Notes under the pieces: model-generated | The model's input: the letters and a program-made list of their open reading frames with translations, nothing else | Databases searched by the model: none | Told to the model about the DNA's origin: nothing | From: Sedimentisphaerales bacterium | Lineage (GTDB): Bacteria; Planctomycetota; Phycisphaerae; Sedimentisphaerales; SM23-30 | Assembly: GCA_963663965.2 (NCBI GenBank) | Contig: CAXXFK010000018.1 | Location: 78,935-142,934, forward strand | Direction of reading: 5' to 3' | DNA: 64,000 nucleotides | Shown here: positions 8,735 through 19,100 of the stretch, piece after piece | How the letters are laid out: every line of letters begins with the position of its first letter | Position numbering within the stretch: the stretch's first letter is position 1 | Position numbers and translations under genes: made by a program

Positions 8735-9499
8735 TCAATCTCCATTCTGAATGAAGTCGCAGTAGATATCAGAAATTTTGTATTTTCTTGCAAAAGCAAT
8801 GACAACACCATCTACCCATTCATCGAAATCTTCATTATTATTATCCAAATCAAATTCAGGGATTTTACCTGTACCTGGTAATGATTCGGCAAATAAAAGC
8901 CATTTCTTTTTCCATATATCATTATCGTTTTCTTCATCTTCTGGTGGATTACTTGTAATATATTGCAGAACACTTCTAATTATTGCCGGGTAAACCAGTG
9001 TAATAAATTCCTTAGAGCAACAAATTTGATCACGACTACCTGCTTTACTGTTTATCAATAGTATGGGGTAATTATTGTCAAATTCAACTTTCCATATTTC
9101 TTCAATATCATCAACGGATTTTACTGGTAAAATGCACTCTCTGTTACTTTCAAGTTCATCAAATTTGTATGGTTTCAGGCGGTCTGCAAATGCAAGCAAT
9201 TTGCCTGAAGTGTGTTGTGTATCCGTTACTTTAACTCGAAATAGTATGCCCTCTATGTCATCGAATTCATTAAGCTCACAATTATTTGGTTTAGTGATAT
9301 TTGATATTGTGCCAAAGGGATATCGCATCCATAGGCAACGCCTATATGCCTCTATAAAAACATACGCATCTTCAGGTAAGTTGTATTTGGATAGTGAGAG
9401 ATCGGCATCAAAATTCAGATGATTACCTTTTTGGGATACGACAATTGAAATATCGTTACGATTTAATTTTTTCCGACCAGTATAGTTAAGCCGTGGCAT
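8735..9499 (-). CDS. Hypothetical protein (third gene of GHKL operon), acidic C-terminal half
   Basis: 254-aa ORF. ATG 9499 overlaps the end of the upstream gene by 14 nt, with GGAGG 8 nt upstream. No recognisable catalytic motif. Confidence 0.7.
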   Translation of the reverse strand: MPRLNYTGRKKLNRNDISIVVSQKGNHLNFDADLSLSKYNLPEDAYVFIEAYRRCLWMRYPFGTISNITKPNNCELNEFDDIEGILFRVKVTDTQHTSGKLLAFADRLKPYKFDELESNRECILPVKSVDDIEEIWKVEFDNNYPILLINSKAGSRDQICCSKEFITLVYPAIIRSVLQYITSNPPEDEENDNDIWKKKWLLFAESLPGTGKIPEFDLDNNNEDFDEWVDGVVIAFARKYKISDIYCDFIQNGD

Positions 9500-11417
9500 T
9501 TTCTAAACCTCCTTCATTTTCTGTAATTGACGGTTTTACAAGCAAATCGCGGTTAGGATCAAAACCGATTAGCTTTAAGCGAAAATCGCAATTGAGAATT
9601 TCGGCGATAATAACATTGCCCCTAGTCTGGATAATTTTAAGACCTTTAGATTCAGGCTTCATTTTTTCAATGCGAAAATCGTTGATATTATATTTCGGTT
9701 TACGGTCTCTACGATCATAAAATATTTTAATCTGCATTTGCGCGGGCAGATTTAAACTACCTTCGCCCTTGGTAAGTGTAAAGCCGCCATTGATTTTGTT
9801 TAAACGATACCGCTTTGGCTTGTGGGGTATTTCTAAATGGGGCGGTCCGGTTCTATCGCCACGATCTTCTTTTTTCTTTCTTTTTTCTGGTCGTGATATG
9901 GTAATATCAGATGATGGTATTGAAAAGAAATCCAAGAGTAAATTATGGTCTTCCTGCTTAGCACTTTCTTCAGAAATGCCAATGATTTCACTTACGCTTT
10001 TCTTGATAAAAGTGAGGGTTTTTGAGCCATAGGTGTACCTGTTTTTGAAGTTATCAGATGTTGTTGACCATTCGGTGTGTGATGGGTTTTCAGCATTACC
10101 GAGAAAGTCTGCTATATGTGGTTCGTCAGCGATTACTAGTGAAACCACACTTCGATTAGTCGGTATTCTTTTTTCATCTGGTATAATCAGGCCTTTTCGA
10201 ATAAATACGGGATAACCTTTAGAGTAGCTTGGGTGTCTTTGTATGAAGACTTTGAAATAAGTCTCATGTTCCACTTGTTTTATTTTGTCTTTGATGTATA
10301 CCGGCACTTTAATGGCAATATTTTCTTCACTAACTAAGCGCTTACGAATAATATTTTGAATCTCAGCAGGTACTAATTTTTCGGACCATTCTGGTGCTGC
10401 AGTTGATACTGGACATATTGTTTCAAGGCATTCATCACTAGGCAACTTGTTGGCCCATTTAGCGAGTTCAATTTTCGCATGCAATTCTTTGTTGTCGCTT
10501 AGGAAGTCTGAATTAAGAATAGCTTCTATTGAACCAGATTCAATTCTAGTATTATTGTCGGGAGTAGCTATATCAACATATAATTCACCTGTTATAATTG
10601 GCCAAAAGTAATGTGAAATCAGTGCCTGCAGTATTGATTGTTCATTAATGTCATCATCTATAAATGGCACAATTAATGAAAGGCCGGGTTCACTTGAACG
10701 TGCCAAGTGAAAATCATTGCAGAATCTAGTGATTTCGTCTGAGTGGCCATTATCATCAAGAGGAACAGGTATATAATCGTTTTGTATTGGAATCTGTTTT
10801 GCATACCAACCATCTGATGTAAAATCTTCGCTATTAACTTTATGAGACCTCAATAAACATTGTCCAAAGAATATTTTTTGGTTATCTTCCGAACGAACTG
10901 ACAGGCCGAAGAATGCTTTGATATTGCTGGCCTTTGGGAAAACAATTTTTCCAATTCCATGTCTGCCTCTATCTGAATCATGTTTACCCGATTGACCTTC
11001 TGCTCTGAAAAAGTAATAAAATGGATTTGAATCTTTTTCCTCTGGTTCAGAATATTCTATTAAATTACCATTCAATCCAGATGTATTAAAATCCTCAATA
11101 ACAACATATTTACATGGTTGGTTTCTGTCCGGGCAATCTTGTAATCCGTTATTTTTTGCATTTAAATGATTCCATAGTTCTTCAGTAAAATAAAATCGAG
11201 CTTTTTCGGGTTGCAAAGCACCATTATCATTAGATAAATAAATCCTTATTCCAACCGGATTGTTCAAATCAATTCTGGCATCTAAGGAATTTTGGATTGC
11301 TTCTCGAATCAAACTTGTCGAGATAGAGTTGTCTGACTCAAAAAATTTGCTGTGCATTGGTTCCCTTTTTTTGCCCTGTGGCAAAATACGATCAAAAAAC
11401 CAACCAAAACCGGACAT
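9486..11417 (-). CDS. GHKL (Bergerat-fold) ATPase, MORC/paraMORC/sacsin-like N-terminal domain with an unknown C-terminal ~400 aa
   Basis: 643 aa. N-box LIREAIQNSLDA (ExxxNxxDA), a DxGxG-like motif VVIEDFNTSGLNG, and a G-loop GRHGIGKIVF, in the canonical order within the first ~170 aa. AAGGAG lies 6 nt upstream of ATG 11417. Confidence 0.75.
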   Translation of the reverse strand: MSGFGWFFDRILPQGKKREPMHSKFFESDNSISTSLIREAIQNSLDARIDLNNPVGIRIYLSNDNGALQPEKARFYFTEELWNHLNAKNNGLQDCPDRNQPCKYVVIEDFNTSGLNGNLIEYSEPEEKDSNPFYYFFRAEGQSGKHDSDRGRHGIGKIVFPKASNIKAFFGLSVRSEDNQKIFFGQCLLRSHKVNSEDFTSDGWYAKQIPIQNDYIPVPLDDNGHSDEITRFCNDFHLARSSEPGLSLIVPFIDDDINEQSILQALISHYFWPIITGELYVDIATPDNNTRIESGSIEAILNSDFLSDNKELHAKIELAKWANKLPSDECLETICPVSTAAPEWSEKLVPAEIQNIIRKRLVSEENIAIKVPVYIKDKIKQVEHETYFKVFIQRHPSYSKGYPVFIRKGLIIPDEKRIPTNRSVVSLVIADEPHIADFLGNAENPSHTEWSTTSDNFKNRYTYGSKTLTFIKKSVSEIIGISEESAKQEDHNLLLDFFSIPSSDITISRPEKRKKKEDRGDRTGPPHLEIPHKPKRYRLNKINGGFTLTKGEGSLNLPAQMQIKIFYDRRDRKPKYNINDFRIEKMKPESKGLKIIQTRGNVIIAEILNCDFRLKLIGFDPNRDLLVKPSITENEGGLENATA

Positions 11418-11429
11418 ATGAAACTCCTT

Positions 11430-11672
11430 TCATAATTCAAAATTTCGTTTTGATTTTGAAAACGTGAACCTCATTTTAGAAATTTTTATTTCTTTTTCTA
11501 ATGCCGAAAAAATTTTATTGATATCTTGCTCTGAATATTCATACGAGCTTTTGTTTGAACAATTACCAAGTAGTCTAATCTTTTCAATTATCTCATTAGT
11601 TCTTCGACTTGCAATACGTACAAAACGATCTTTGCGAGACTCGTCTTTTTTTGAAATATTACTAATTTTCAT
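11430..11672 (-). CDS. Small basic helical protein (first gene of GHKL operon)
   Basis: 80 aa from ATG 11672 (MKISNISKKDESRKDRFVRIASRRTNEIIEKIRLLGN...). Its TGA (11430-11432) lies inside the SD of the GHKL gene. There is no SD of its own. The longer 118-aa version would start upstream of the predicted promoter. Confidence 0.45.
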   Translation of the reverse strand: MKISNISKKDESRKDRFVRIASRRTNEIIEKIRLLGNCSNKSSYEYSEQDINKIFSALEKEIKISKMRFTFSKSKRNFEL

Positions 11673-11703
11673 AATATGTATTCTTAAATATGGAAATATA
11701 TGT

Positions 11704-11731
11704 AATATATTCAAAATGCTACATGTGTCAA
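11704..11731 (-). promoter_or_regulatory. Sigma-70-like promoter of the GHKL operon
   Basis: On the minus strand: TTGACA (11731-11726), a 16-nt spacer, then TATATT (11709-11704), about 30 nt upstream of ATG 11672. Confidence 0.45.
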
Positions 11732-12167
11732 GACGGTTTTTTGAAAATAATATTAAATATTGTTCAAAATATTGTAAAAGCTTCAATATAAAACATTTGC
11801 ATTATTATTAAAAGTGCTACTTTCAGCAAAGAATTATTATTAATGTGAAATTTCATTATCTCTATCGTGACGCCAGCAATTATTAAGATATTTCATGATG
11901 AAGTATTGGCAGGAGAATTGAAGTTGGAGGATATGGAGCCTTATTTGTGGGAGGGAGAATTTTTTGTCCCATCGGAAGTTGGTTTAAAGATTTGCAACCG
12001 GAAGTATTTACGGTCGATGATCATATCTGGCATTCGATTGAAGGAGTTGAACCAACCGATGATTTACCAACTTGTGATGTAACTGCGGAAGAATTCAAGA
12101 ATCGGTTTCGGAGTGCATCTTTGCAGGATTAGAATCAAGGGCAAGTGTTTCGGTGAAAGGGATTATT

Positions 12168-12284
12168 ATGAGTGCGGTTGAGAGGCGGGGGTGGACTCGG
12201 GATGAGTTGATTTTGGCGGTGAATTTGAATTGTAAGACGCCGTTTGGGCGGATTCATGATCAGGTTCTCAAAAAGCCACGCTGA
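12168..12284 (+). pseudogene. N-terminal remnant of an HNH-type restriction-endonuclease-like gene, cut by a MITE
   Basis: The 38-aa reading frame MSAVERRGWTRDELILAVNLNCKTPFGRIHDQVLKKPR stops inside the left inverted repeat of the element at 12276. The WTRDELILA..L....PFGR N-terminus is typical of a family of HNH proteins (from memory). Confidence 0.3.
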
Positions 12285-12539
12285 AGGGCCTGTTGCCCAA
12301 AGACAGATCAAGCAGGGTTGCTTGACCAGTCTGACTGGCCCAAGTATTTCTGTCGTCCCTGCGGGACTTGTTCTGAGTGGGTTTGGCCTGAATCCCCCCA
12401 ATGAATTGGGGGGCTACGCACTGACAGCCCGCCTGAGGCGGATCTTCGACCCTGCGGGCTTCAGGGGTATCCGCCGGGCGGCAGATGGTATTTTTCGTGA
12501 CGCTCGACCTGTATTTGTGCAACAGGCCCTGAAGCGTGG
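12276..12539. mobile_element. MITE-like element with 21-nt terminal inverted repeats
   Basis: Left end CCACGCTGAAGGGCCTGTTGC (12276-12296). Right end GCAACAGGCCCTGAAGCGTGG (12519-12539); its reverse complement matches the left end at 19/21 positions. No coding capacity. It contains the 17-mer GAGGCGGATCTTCGACC (12435-12451) shared with other repeats. Confidence 0.5.
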
Positions 12540-12768
12540 GCTCCGTAGGGGCGCTATCTGCGGTTTGGCTCAACCGTCCGTACGAGGGAGGGCCGATAAT
12601 CGTGAGGGTTAAGGAAGGGGTGTGTAAAAAAGGGTGAAAATAAGTGAAATTATATGTGGTAGCGCTGTTAAGGCGGTTATTGATTGTGACGATAAAGTTA
12701 GCGTTATTTTAGCGTATCTGTTCAAACGAATCAGAGAATGTGATAGTCACTGTTTTGAAGGAGTCGTC

Positions 12769-14727
12769 ATGAGGCTGAAGATCAGAGAGAAGTTTTTGTT
12801 CCCCACGATTATTCTACTGGTTATCGGAATGAGTATCGCCGGGTATGTTTCGTATCGAATAGCCCGTAACGCGCTGGCCGAGTCGGTGCTTTCCGAAAAG
12901 ACCCAACTGGTGAAGTCAACGAACAACATGCTCAAATCGTGGCTGGATACCATGGTGATCACCTTGCAGAGTTGGAGAGTCGACGACCTCTTTGCCAGGT
13001 CTCTGGACGGGTCCGTTGAGGGGCAGGCGGCGCGAGAAGCCGCCAACGCCAAATTGGTCAACTATGTGAAATCGTACGGGTGTTTTGAAACCCTGAATGT
13101 TGTCAACAAGGCCGGTGATATTGTCGCATCCAGCGAACAAAGCATTATTGGTAAAATCAATCTGGCCGACCGGGCGTATTTTGGCGAGTCGATGAATGGC
13201 AAGACTGCTGTCACCGACGCGTTGATCAGCAAAAATACCGGGAATCCGATTGTGGTGATTTCCGCGCCGATAGAGGTAAACGGGAGCATCACAGGGATTA
13301 TCATTTCGGTGATCGATCTGGCGGTATTCAGCCAACAGTTTATTGAGCCGATAAAAATCGGCGAGACCGGGTATCTGGCGTTGATGAATAGCACCGGCAA
13401 GCTGATCGCGCATCCCAAGAAAGAGTGGATTCTCAGTAAGGATTTTACCGACCAGGACTGGTATCAGGCCATTTTGCAGAAGAAAAGCGGGCATATTTAT
13501 TATAATTTGTCCGGGACTGATAAAGTGGCCGCGTTTGAACATTATCCGGAACGTGACTGGTACCTGATCGCCACGGCCAATCAGGATGAAGCCTTTGCCG
13601 CGATTAAGGAACTGGCCTATTCCAGCCTGGGCGTGAGTGTTGGCCTGGTGGTGGTCATGCTGGCGGTGATCGGGATTCTGACCAGCCTTTTCATTATCAA
13701 GCCGATTTCCAGAATGAGTGATCGATTGCAGGATATTGCCCAGGGAGAAGGGGATCTGACCCAACGACTGGAGGTGAAGTCGCAGGATGAGATCGGTGAA
13801 CTGGCCGGCTGGTTTAACCGTTTTATTGAAAAGCTGCAAGGGATTATCCGGCAGATTGCCGAAAATACCCGGACGCTGACCGAATCGTCCATGGCGCTTT
13901 CTACGACGGCCAGTCAACTTGCCAGCGGGGCTGAAGAGACCACGAATCAATCCAACGGGGTGGCCGCGGCCGCGGAAGAGATGTCGGTCAATATGAATAC
14001 GATGTCGGCATCAACGGAACAGATGACCGCGAACATGAAATCGGTGGCCGCGGCGGTTGAAGAAATGACCGCCAGCATCAGCGATGTGGCCAAGAATGCC
14101 GGGCAGGCCTCCCAGATTGCCAGTCAGGCGACCAGTCTGGCAGACGCCTCCAATGAGAAAATTGGATACCTGGGGGCAGCGGCTGATGAGATCGGCAAAG
14201 TGATCGAAGTGATTCAGGACATTGCCGAACAGACCAATCTGCTGGCATTGAACGCCACCATTGAAGCGGCCCGGGCCGGAGAAGCGGGAAAAGGATTTGC
14301 CGTTGTTGCCACGGAGGTGAAGGAACTGGCCAAACAGACTGCCGAGGCGACGGAAGATATCAGCAAGCGTATTACCGCCATCCAGAACACCACGGGGGAT
14401 TCCGTGGAATCCATCAGTAAAATCAGCGAAGTGATCAGACACGTCAATGAGGTTTCAAACGCGATTGCCTCGGCGGTTGAAGAACAAAATATTACGACGC
14501 GGGAAATCGCCCAGAATGTGGCCCAGGTTGCTTCTGTGTCAGAAACCGTGGCCCTGGGGGTTTCTGATTCCGCTACCGCCAGTCAGGAGATTACGCGTAA
14601 TATTGCCGGGGTGGACAGTGCCGCCCGGCAAACTGCCCAGGGGGCCACTCAAACTCAGGCCGCCGGCGCGGAACTCTCGAAAGTGTCTGAAGGGCTGCAG
14701 GCCCTTGTGGGGCAATTTAAGTTCTGA
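12769..14727 (+). CDS. Methyl-accepting chemotaxis protein (dCache-type sensor, HAMP, MA domain)
   Basis: ORF 12634..14727. GAAGGAG precedes ATG 12769 ([17 protein letters not shown], a TM helix). It has a periplasmic Cache-like domain, a second TM, a HAMP domain ([15 protein letters not shown]) and the conserved signalling hairpin [35 protein letters not shown]. Confidence 0.9.
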   Translation: MRLKIREKFLFPTIILLVIGMSIAGYVSYRIARNALAESVLSEKTQLVKSTNNMLKSWLDTMVITLQSWRVDDLFARSLDGSVEGQAAREAANAKLVNYVKSYGCFETLNVVNKAGDIVASSEQSIIGKINLADRAYFGESMNGKTAVTDALISKNTGNPIVVISAPIEVNGSITGIIISVIDLAVFSQQFIEPIKIGETGYLALMNSTGKLIAHPKKEWILSKDFTDQDWYQAILQKKSGHIYYNLSGTDKVAAFEHYPERDWYLIATANQDEAFAAIKELAYSSLGVSVGLVVVMLAVIGILTSLFIIKPISRMSDRLQDIAQGEGDLTQRLEVKSQDEIGELAGWFNRFIEKLQGIIRQIAENTRTLTESSMALSTTASQLASGAEETTNQSNGVAAAAEEMSVNMNTMSASTEQMTANMKSVAAAVEEMTASISDVAKNAGQASQIASQATSLADASNEKIGYLGAAADEIGKVIEVIQDIAEQTNLLALNATIEAARAGEAGKGFAVVATEVKELAKQTAEATEDISKRITAIQNTTGDSVESISKISEVIRHVNEVSNAIASAVEEQNITTREIAQNVAQVASVSETVALGVSDSATASQEITRNIAGVDSAARQTAQGATQTQAAGAELSKVSEGLQALVGQFKF

Positions 14728-14771
14728 TTTCGCGCGGTTTCCAAGTAAGATTCGAAGGCAATGTAACTTGA

Positions 14772-14802
14772 TGGCTGACATGACGATGTCGGCCATTTTT
14801 TT
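14772..14802 (+). terminator. Rho-independent terminator
   Basis: 10-bp stem TGGCTGACAT / ATGTCGGCCA (one G-U pair), loop GACG, followed by T7. Confidence 0.7.
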
Positions 14803-15067
14803 AGCAGACGCCCCCGGGCTTATCCGTCGTCTGGATTTTTCCATGAATTAGAGTCGGCCAGCAATGAAGCACTACGCGGTCATCCAATTCGACTGGAATC
14901 CTGGCAGTTATCGCGGTGTCCTCAGTTGGAATCATGCCCGATAAACCTATTGGCGGTCAATATAGCGCCACGGGCGGATTTTGCTTGTATTGGGTCTCTC
15001 GATGGGTTATAATGATGGTTTGCATTGGAGACCCGAAAGAAGAATACTATTATTATTGAAGGAGAAA

Positions 15068-15787
15068 ATGATGAAGAGAATGTCTGTATGTGTCGGTATG
15101 TTTTTACTGGCGGCGATATTGTGTCCGATAAGTATGGCCCACGCGGGTGTTACGTATTATTGGACGGACTGGACGGACGCGACGACCGGTCTGGCGGGAT
15201 CGGCAGATGGTTCGATCGCAACCGGGAGCGAGACGATTGGTATCAGTTATACTGGTGAGGTTAATTTTGCCCAGACCAATAGTGGGACCAATTACTGGAC
15301 CGGTCTGAAAAATGGCGGCAGTACGCCGGCCACAACTTACACGGCCGCCGGCCTGGTGGATAACGGCCCGGTCAGCAGCGATATTATCAGCCTCAAGGGC
15401 GGTAACCAGATTGTTAATACAATTACCTTTTCACAGGCAGTTGTTGATCCGGTACTGGCCATTATGAGTATGGGACAAAATTCTGTACCGGTTAAATATT
15501 ACTTTGACACACCGTTTGATGTGTTAAGTTTTGGCCAGGGTTACTGGGGCAACGGCACGTTGGCCGAAGATGCCGGTAATGTGTTATTGGGTTATGAAGG
15601 TCATGGTATTATCCAGTTAAAAGGGACTTATACCGCCATCAGCTGGACCTGTCCGACATTTGAAAACTGGCACGGCTTTACCGTGGGTGTCGCGGGCGCG
15701 GCTATGCCGGCGGTTCCGGCACCGGGCGCTTTGATCCTGAGCGGACTGGGCTCTGGCCTGGTAGGCTGGATACGTCGCAAGAAATAA
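15068..15787 (+). CDS. Secreted PEP-CTERM sorting-domain protein
   Basis: GAAGGAG precedes ATG 15068. Signal peptide MMKRMSVCVGMFLLAAILCPISMAHA. The C-terminus VPAPGALILSGLGSGLVGWIRRKK is nearly identical to that of the 3456..4055 protein. Confidence 0.8.
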   Translation: MMKRMSVCVGMFLLAAILCPISMAHAGVTYYWTDWTDATTGLAGSADGSIATGSETIGISYTGEVNFAQTNSGTNYWTGLKNGGSTPATTYTAAGLVDNGPVSSDIISLKGGNQIVNTITFSQAVVDPVLAIMSMGQNSVPVKYYFDTPFDVLSFGQGYWGNGTLAEDAGNVLLGYEGHGIIQLKGTYTAISWTCPTFENWHGFTVGVAGAAMPAVPAPGALILSGLGSGLVGWIRRKK

Positions 15788-15821
15788 GAATCGCATTAAG
15801 TTACGTTCAGAAACAATGATC

Positions 15822-15848
15822 AAGCTCGTCTTTTTGGCGGGCTTTTTT
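15822..15848 (+). terminator. Rho-independent terminator (weak)
   Basis: Stem AAGCTCGTC / GGCGGGCTT with two G-U pairs, loop TTTTT, followed by a T-run. Confidence 0.45.
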
Positions 15849-16157
15849 AATGCGCGAAGAATTCCGGCAATATTGGGCGGCCCATGCGAATATATTGTGA
15901 AATGATGGATTATTCGTGTTATTTTCGCATGGGAAACAGTCACTTAGGCTATGAGAAGCCCAGAGCAGTGGAAAAACAAAGGATGGCATCGAATTTTCGG
16001 TAGATCATGGATTGATAAAAGTCGATGAGATTGCTATAATAATTTATTCCAACAGGATTTGAAGAGAATCAATCATGCCTTATTCCTGCTTAGCCTGCCT
16101 CATCATGAGTCCCCCCTTAGATTTAATCTCCCTTATTGATCTCCCGAGGAATGAACA

Positions 16158-19100
16158 ATGACGTTAACTTTGAGAACTATTCTGACGGTTTTATGTTTTG
16201 TGTCTGCCGGTATGCCATTGTGCGCGGCGCCCTATTTTGGCGAAGAGACAACGGCGTTACAGCCGGATGGGACGTCGGTGACGGTGGTGTTGTGGGGAGA
16301 TGAATATTATATTCGGGCGGAGACACCGGATGGGTATACGGTGGTGCGCGATCCGGAGACCGGGTGGATCTGTTACGCGGAGTTGAATGCAGATGGGAGC
16401 GACATGTTGTCGACAGGATTGCCCTATGAAGGGGAATCGCTGGAGAGTGGGGTGACGACGGGGAATGGGGCCGTGGGCAGTCAGGCACAGATCAAGATTC
16501 AGGTGCGGCGCGAGCGGATGCGGGGTGTGGGTAAGAAGATCGATTTGAAACGGGACGCGCGTCTGGCGAAGGTGCAGGAGAACCGGCGGTTATTGATGGG
16601 TGAGCGTTATGACGAGGAGACAGGCATGGTGCTGGCGGCGCCGGGTGATGAGTCGGGCGTGATCATACTGGGAGAGGCGCCAGCGATTGAACCGGCATTG
16701 ACCGGGACGATGACCGGGTTGACACTGCTGGTGGATTTTCCGGATTTACGCGGGACGATTCCCCGGGAGGCTATCGATGATTATTGCAACACGCCGGGCT
16801 ATACCGGCTATAGCAACAACGGCTCGGTGCGGGATTATTTTTATGATATTTCCAATGGGAAACTGACCTATCTCAACACTGTGACTGAATATTATACCGC
16901 CAGGAACAGCCGGTCTTATTATACAGATGAGTCGATTGGTTATGGCACCCGGGCGCAGGAATTGATTAAAGAGGCGCTGGATTATCTGGAGAGTCAGAAC
17001 TTTAATTTTTCTCAGATTACGGTCAAGAATGGCCGGTTTCAGGCTTTGAACGTCTTTTACGCGGGCAACGCGGACAATAACTGGGCCAAAGGGATCTGGC
17101 CGCATAAAGGATATTATGGCAATTGGGTGTCGCAGAATTATGGTATCCGGACCGGGGATTATCAGATTTCCAATATCGGGTCCAACCTGCGTCTGGGTAC
17201 ATTCTGTCATGAGAATGGCCATATGATTCTGGGATTGCCGGATTTGTATGATTATGGCGGGGAATCGCGGGGTGTGGGTAATTATGACCTGATGGCCGGG
17301 GGCGGCAGTTCGACCAATCCGGTACCGGTTAATCCGTATTTCCGGGCGTTGAACGGCTGGGAAAATGTGGTTGATATCACCGAAAGCGGTGGAGGGGTAG
17401 AATATTCCCATACCTCCAATTCGTTTACAACGTATAAATATACGAACGCGTCCTATACGAATGAATACTTCATGATCGAAAGCAATATCAAGACGGGGCG
17501 GCGTTCGGCCATGCCGGATGAGGGCTTATTGATCTGGCATGTTGATACCGCCGGCAGTAACGATAATGAACAGATGACGGCAAGTTCGCATTATAAAGTA
17601 TCCGTTGAGCAGGCGGACGGTCTGTTTCAGTTGGAAAACAATAATAACAGCGGCGGATCAAACGATTTGTTTCATGCCGGGAATGCTGACCAGTTCAGCG
17701 CCACTACGACACCGGATTCGGATTGGTGGAGTGGTGAAGAATCGGGCCTGTTGATCAGTAATATCAGTGCGGTGGGGACACCGATGACCTTTATCGCAGT
17801 GAATGTCAACAATGACTTCTGGGTGACACCCGGTGGTGCCGGTGTGCGGTTTACCCGTCTGGAAGACGGACCGATTGTGCCTGGGAGCCAGGCGCTGACA
17901 TTACATAATAATAACTCCTCGCGTACCGTTTCGTTTACGGCTCAGACGGGTTCGAGCTGGTTGGGTCTCTCGCCGACCAGCGGTCAAATCAGTCCGCAAT
18001 CGACCGCAACGATTACGGTGGTTCCACAGGGAAACCTGTCGACACTGGATCCTCAAGCCCTGACGGGAACGATTACCGTGACGGATCTTGGCACCAGTAT
18101 TCAATATTCACGAAACGTGGTTCTGTCGATTAAAAACCGCCTTGGGGTAGCGTACTGGACGCTGGATGATACCGGCACAGATGAAGCGCTGGATGCGACG
18201 GGTAGCGGTTTCAATGGTATTTTGTCAGGTGGACTATCCTACGCGACCAATAAAGCGGAGGGACGCTTTGGCGATTGCCTGCAATTTGACGGGATTAATG
18301 ATTATATCGATGTTCCCAATGGATTTGAGGATTTCAGTGTGGGGTATACCATTTCATTCTGGGCCAATCCAAGCGCGGCAAAAACCTGGGCACGGTTTAT
18401 CGATTTCGGCAATGGCGCACCCAGTGATAATATTCTGGTTACGCGGCGCAGTAGTTCCAAAGATCTGCAAGTCGACGCATATAAAGGCGCCACCCGGCTG
18501 GGGACACTGATCGTGACGGATGCTATTGAGTTGGATGTCTGGCAGCATTTTGTCGTGGCGGTTGATGATGCCGGGCAGGCTGTTTTGTATAAGAATGGCC
18601 AGTCGATCCAGACGGGGAATCTGGGGATCCTGGAGAATATTACCCGAGGTAACAATTATATCGGGCGAAGCAACTGGGCCGCGGACGCTTACTATGAAGG
18701 GTATCTGGATGATGTGCGGATTTATAACTACGCGCTGACCGGGGAGGAGATTGGTGATTTATATGCCAATGGCGGAGGGAGTTTTAATTTAAGCCCGGCC
18801 AAGGCCGCTTCCGGTGTCTACTGTGACGCGCAGCTGGAGTGGATTCCGGGACCGCTGACCCAAAGGCATCTGGTTTATTTCGGGCAGGATGAGACCCTGG
18901 TTGATACCAGCGATCGTTATGGCGGCGCTTATTTGGCGGTGAGTGAAACCAACCGTTTTGATCCGCCGATGCTGGCCACCGGCCAGGATTATTACTGGCG
19001 GATAGACGATGAACTGATTAACGGACAGGTTGTCAAAGGTGTGACCCGTCGTTTTCATACGACCGGGTCGATTACTTATGAAGTATGGAAAGGAATCTCC

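Noticed and set aside
11867-12132. Two overlapping short plus-strand ORFs (71 and 61 aa) at the right edge of island 1
   Set aside because: They may be two halves of one frameshifted small gene (…LWEGEFFVPSEVG / DLQPEVFTVDDHIWHSIEGV…). I recognise no family, there is no SD, and the first has a GTG start. They are left unannotated as possible decayed coding sequence.
12916-13950. 344-aa minus-strand ORF inside the first chemoreceptor gene (also 13062..13418, 14011..14442 and others)
   Set aside because: The plus-strand frame has unambiguous MCP domains. The antisense product is Arg/Gly/Pro-rich nonsense with no motifs.
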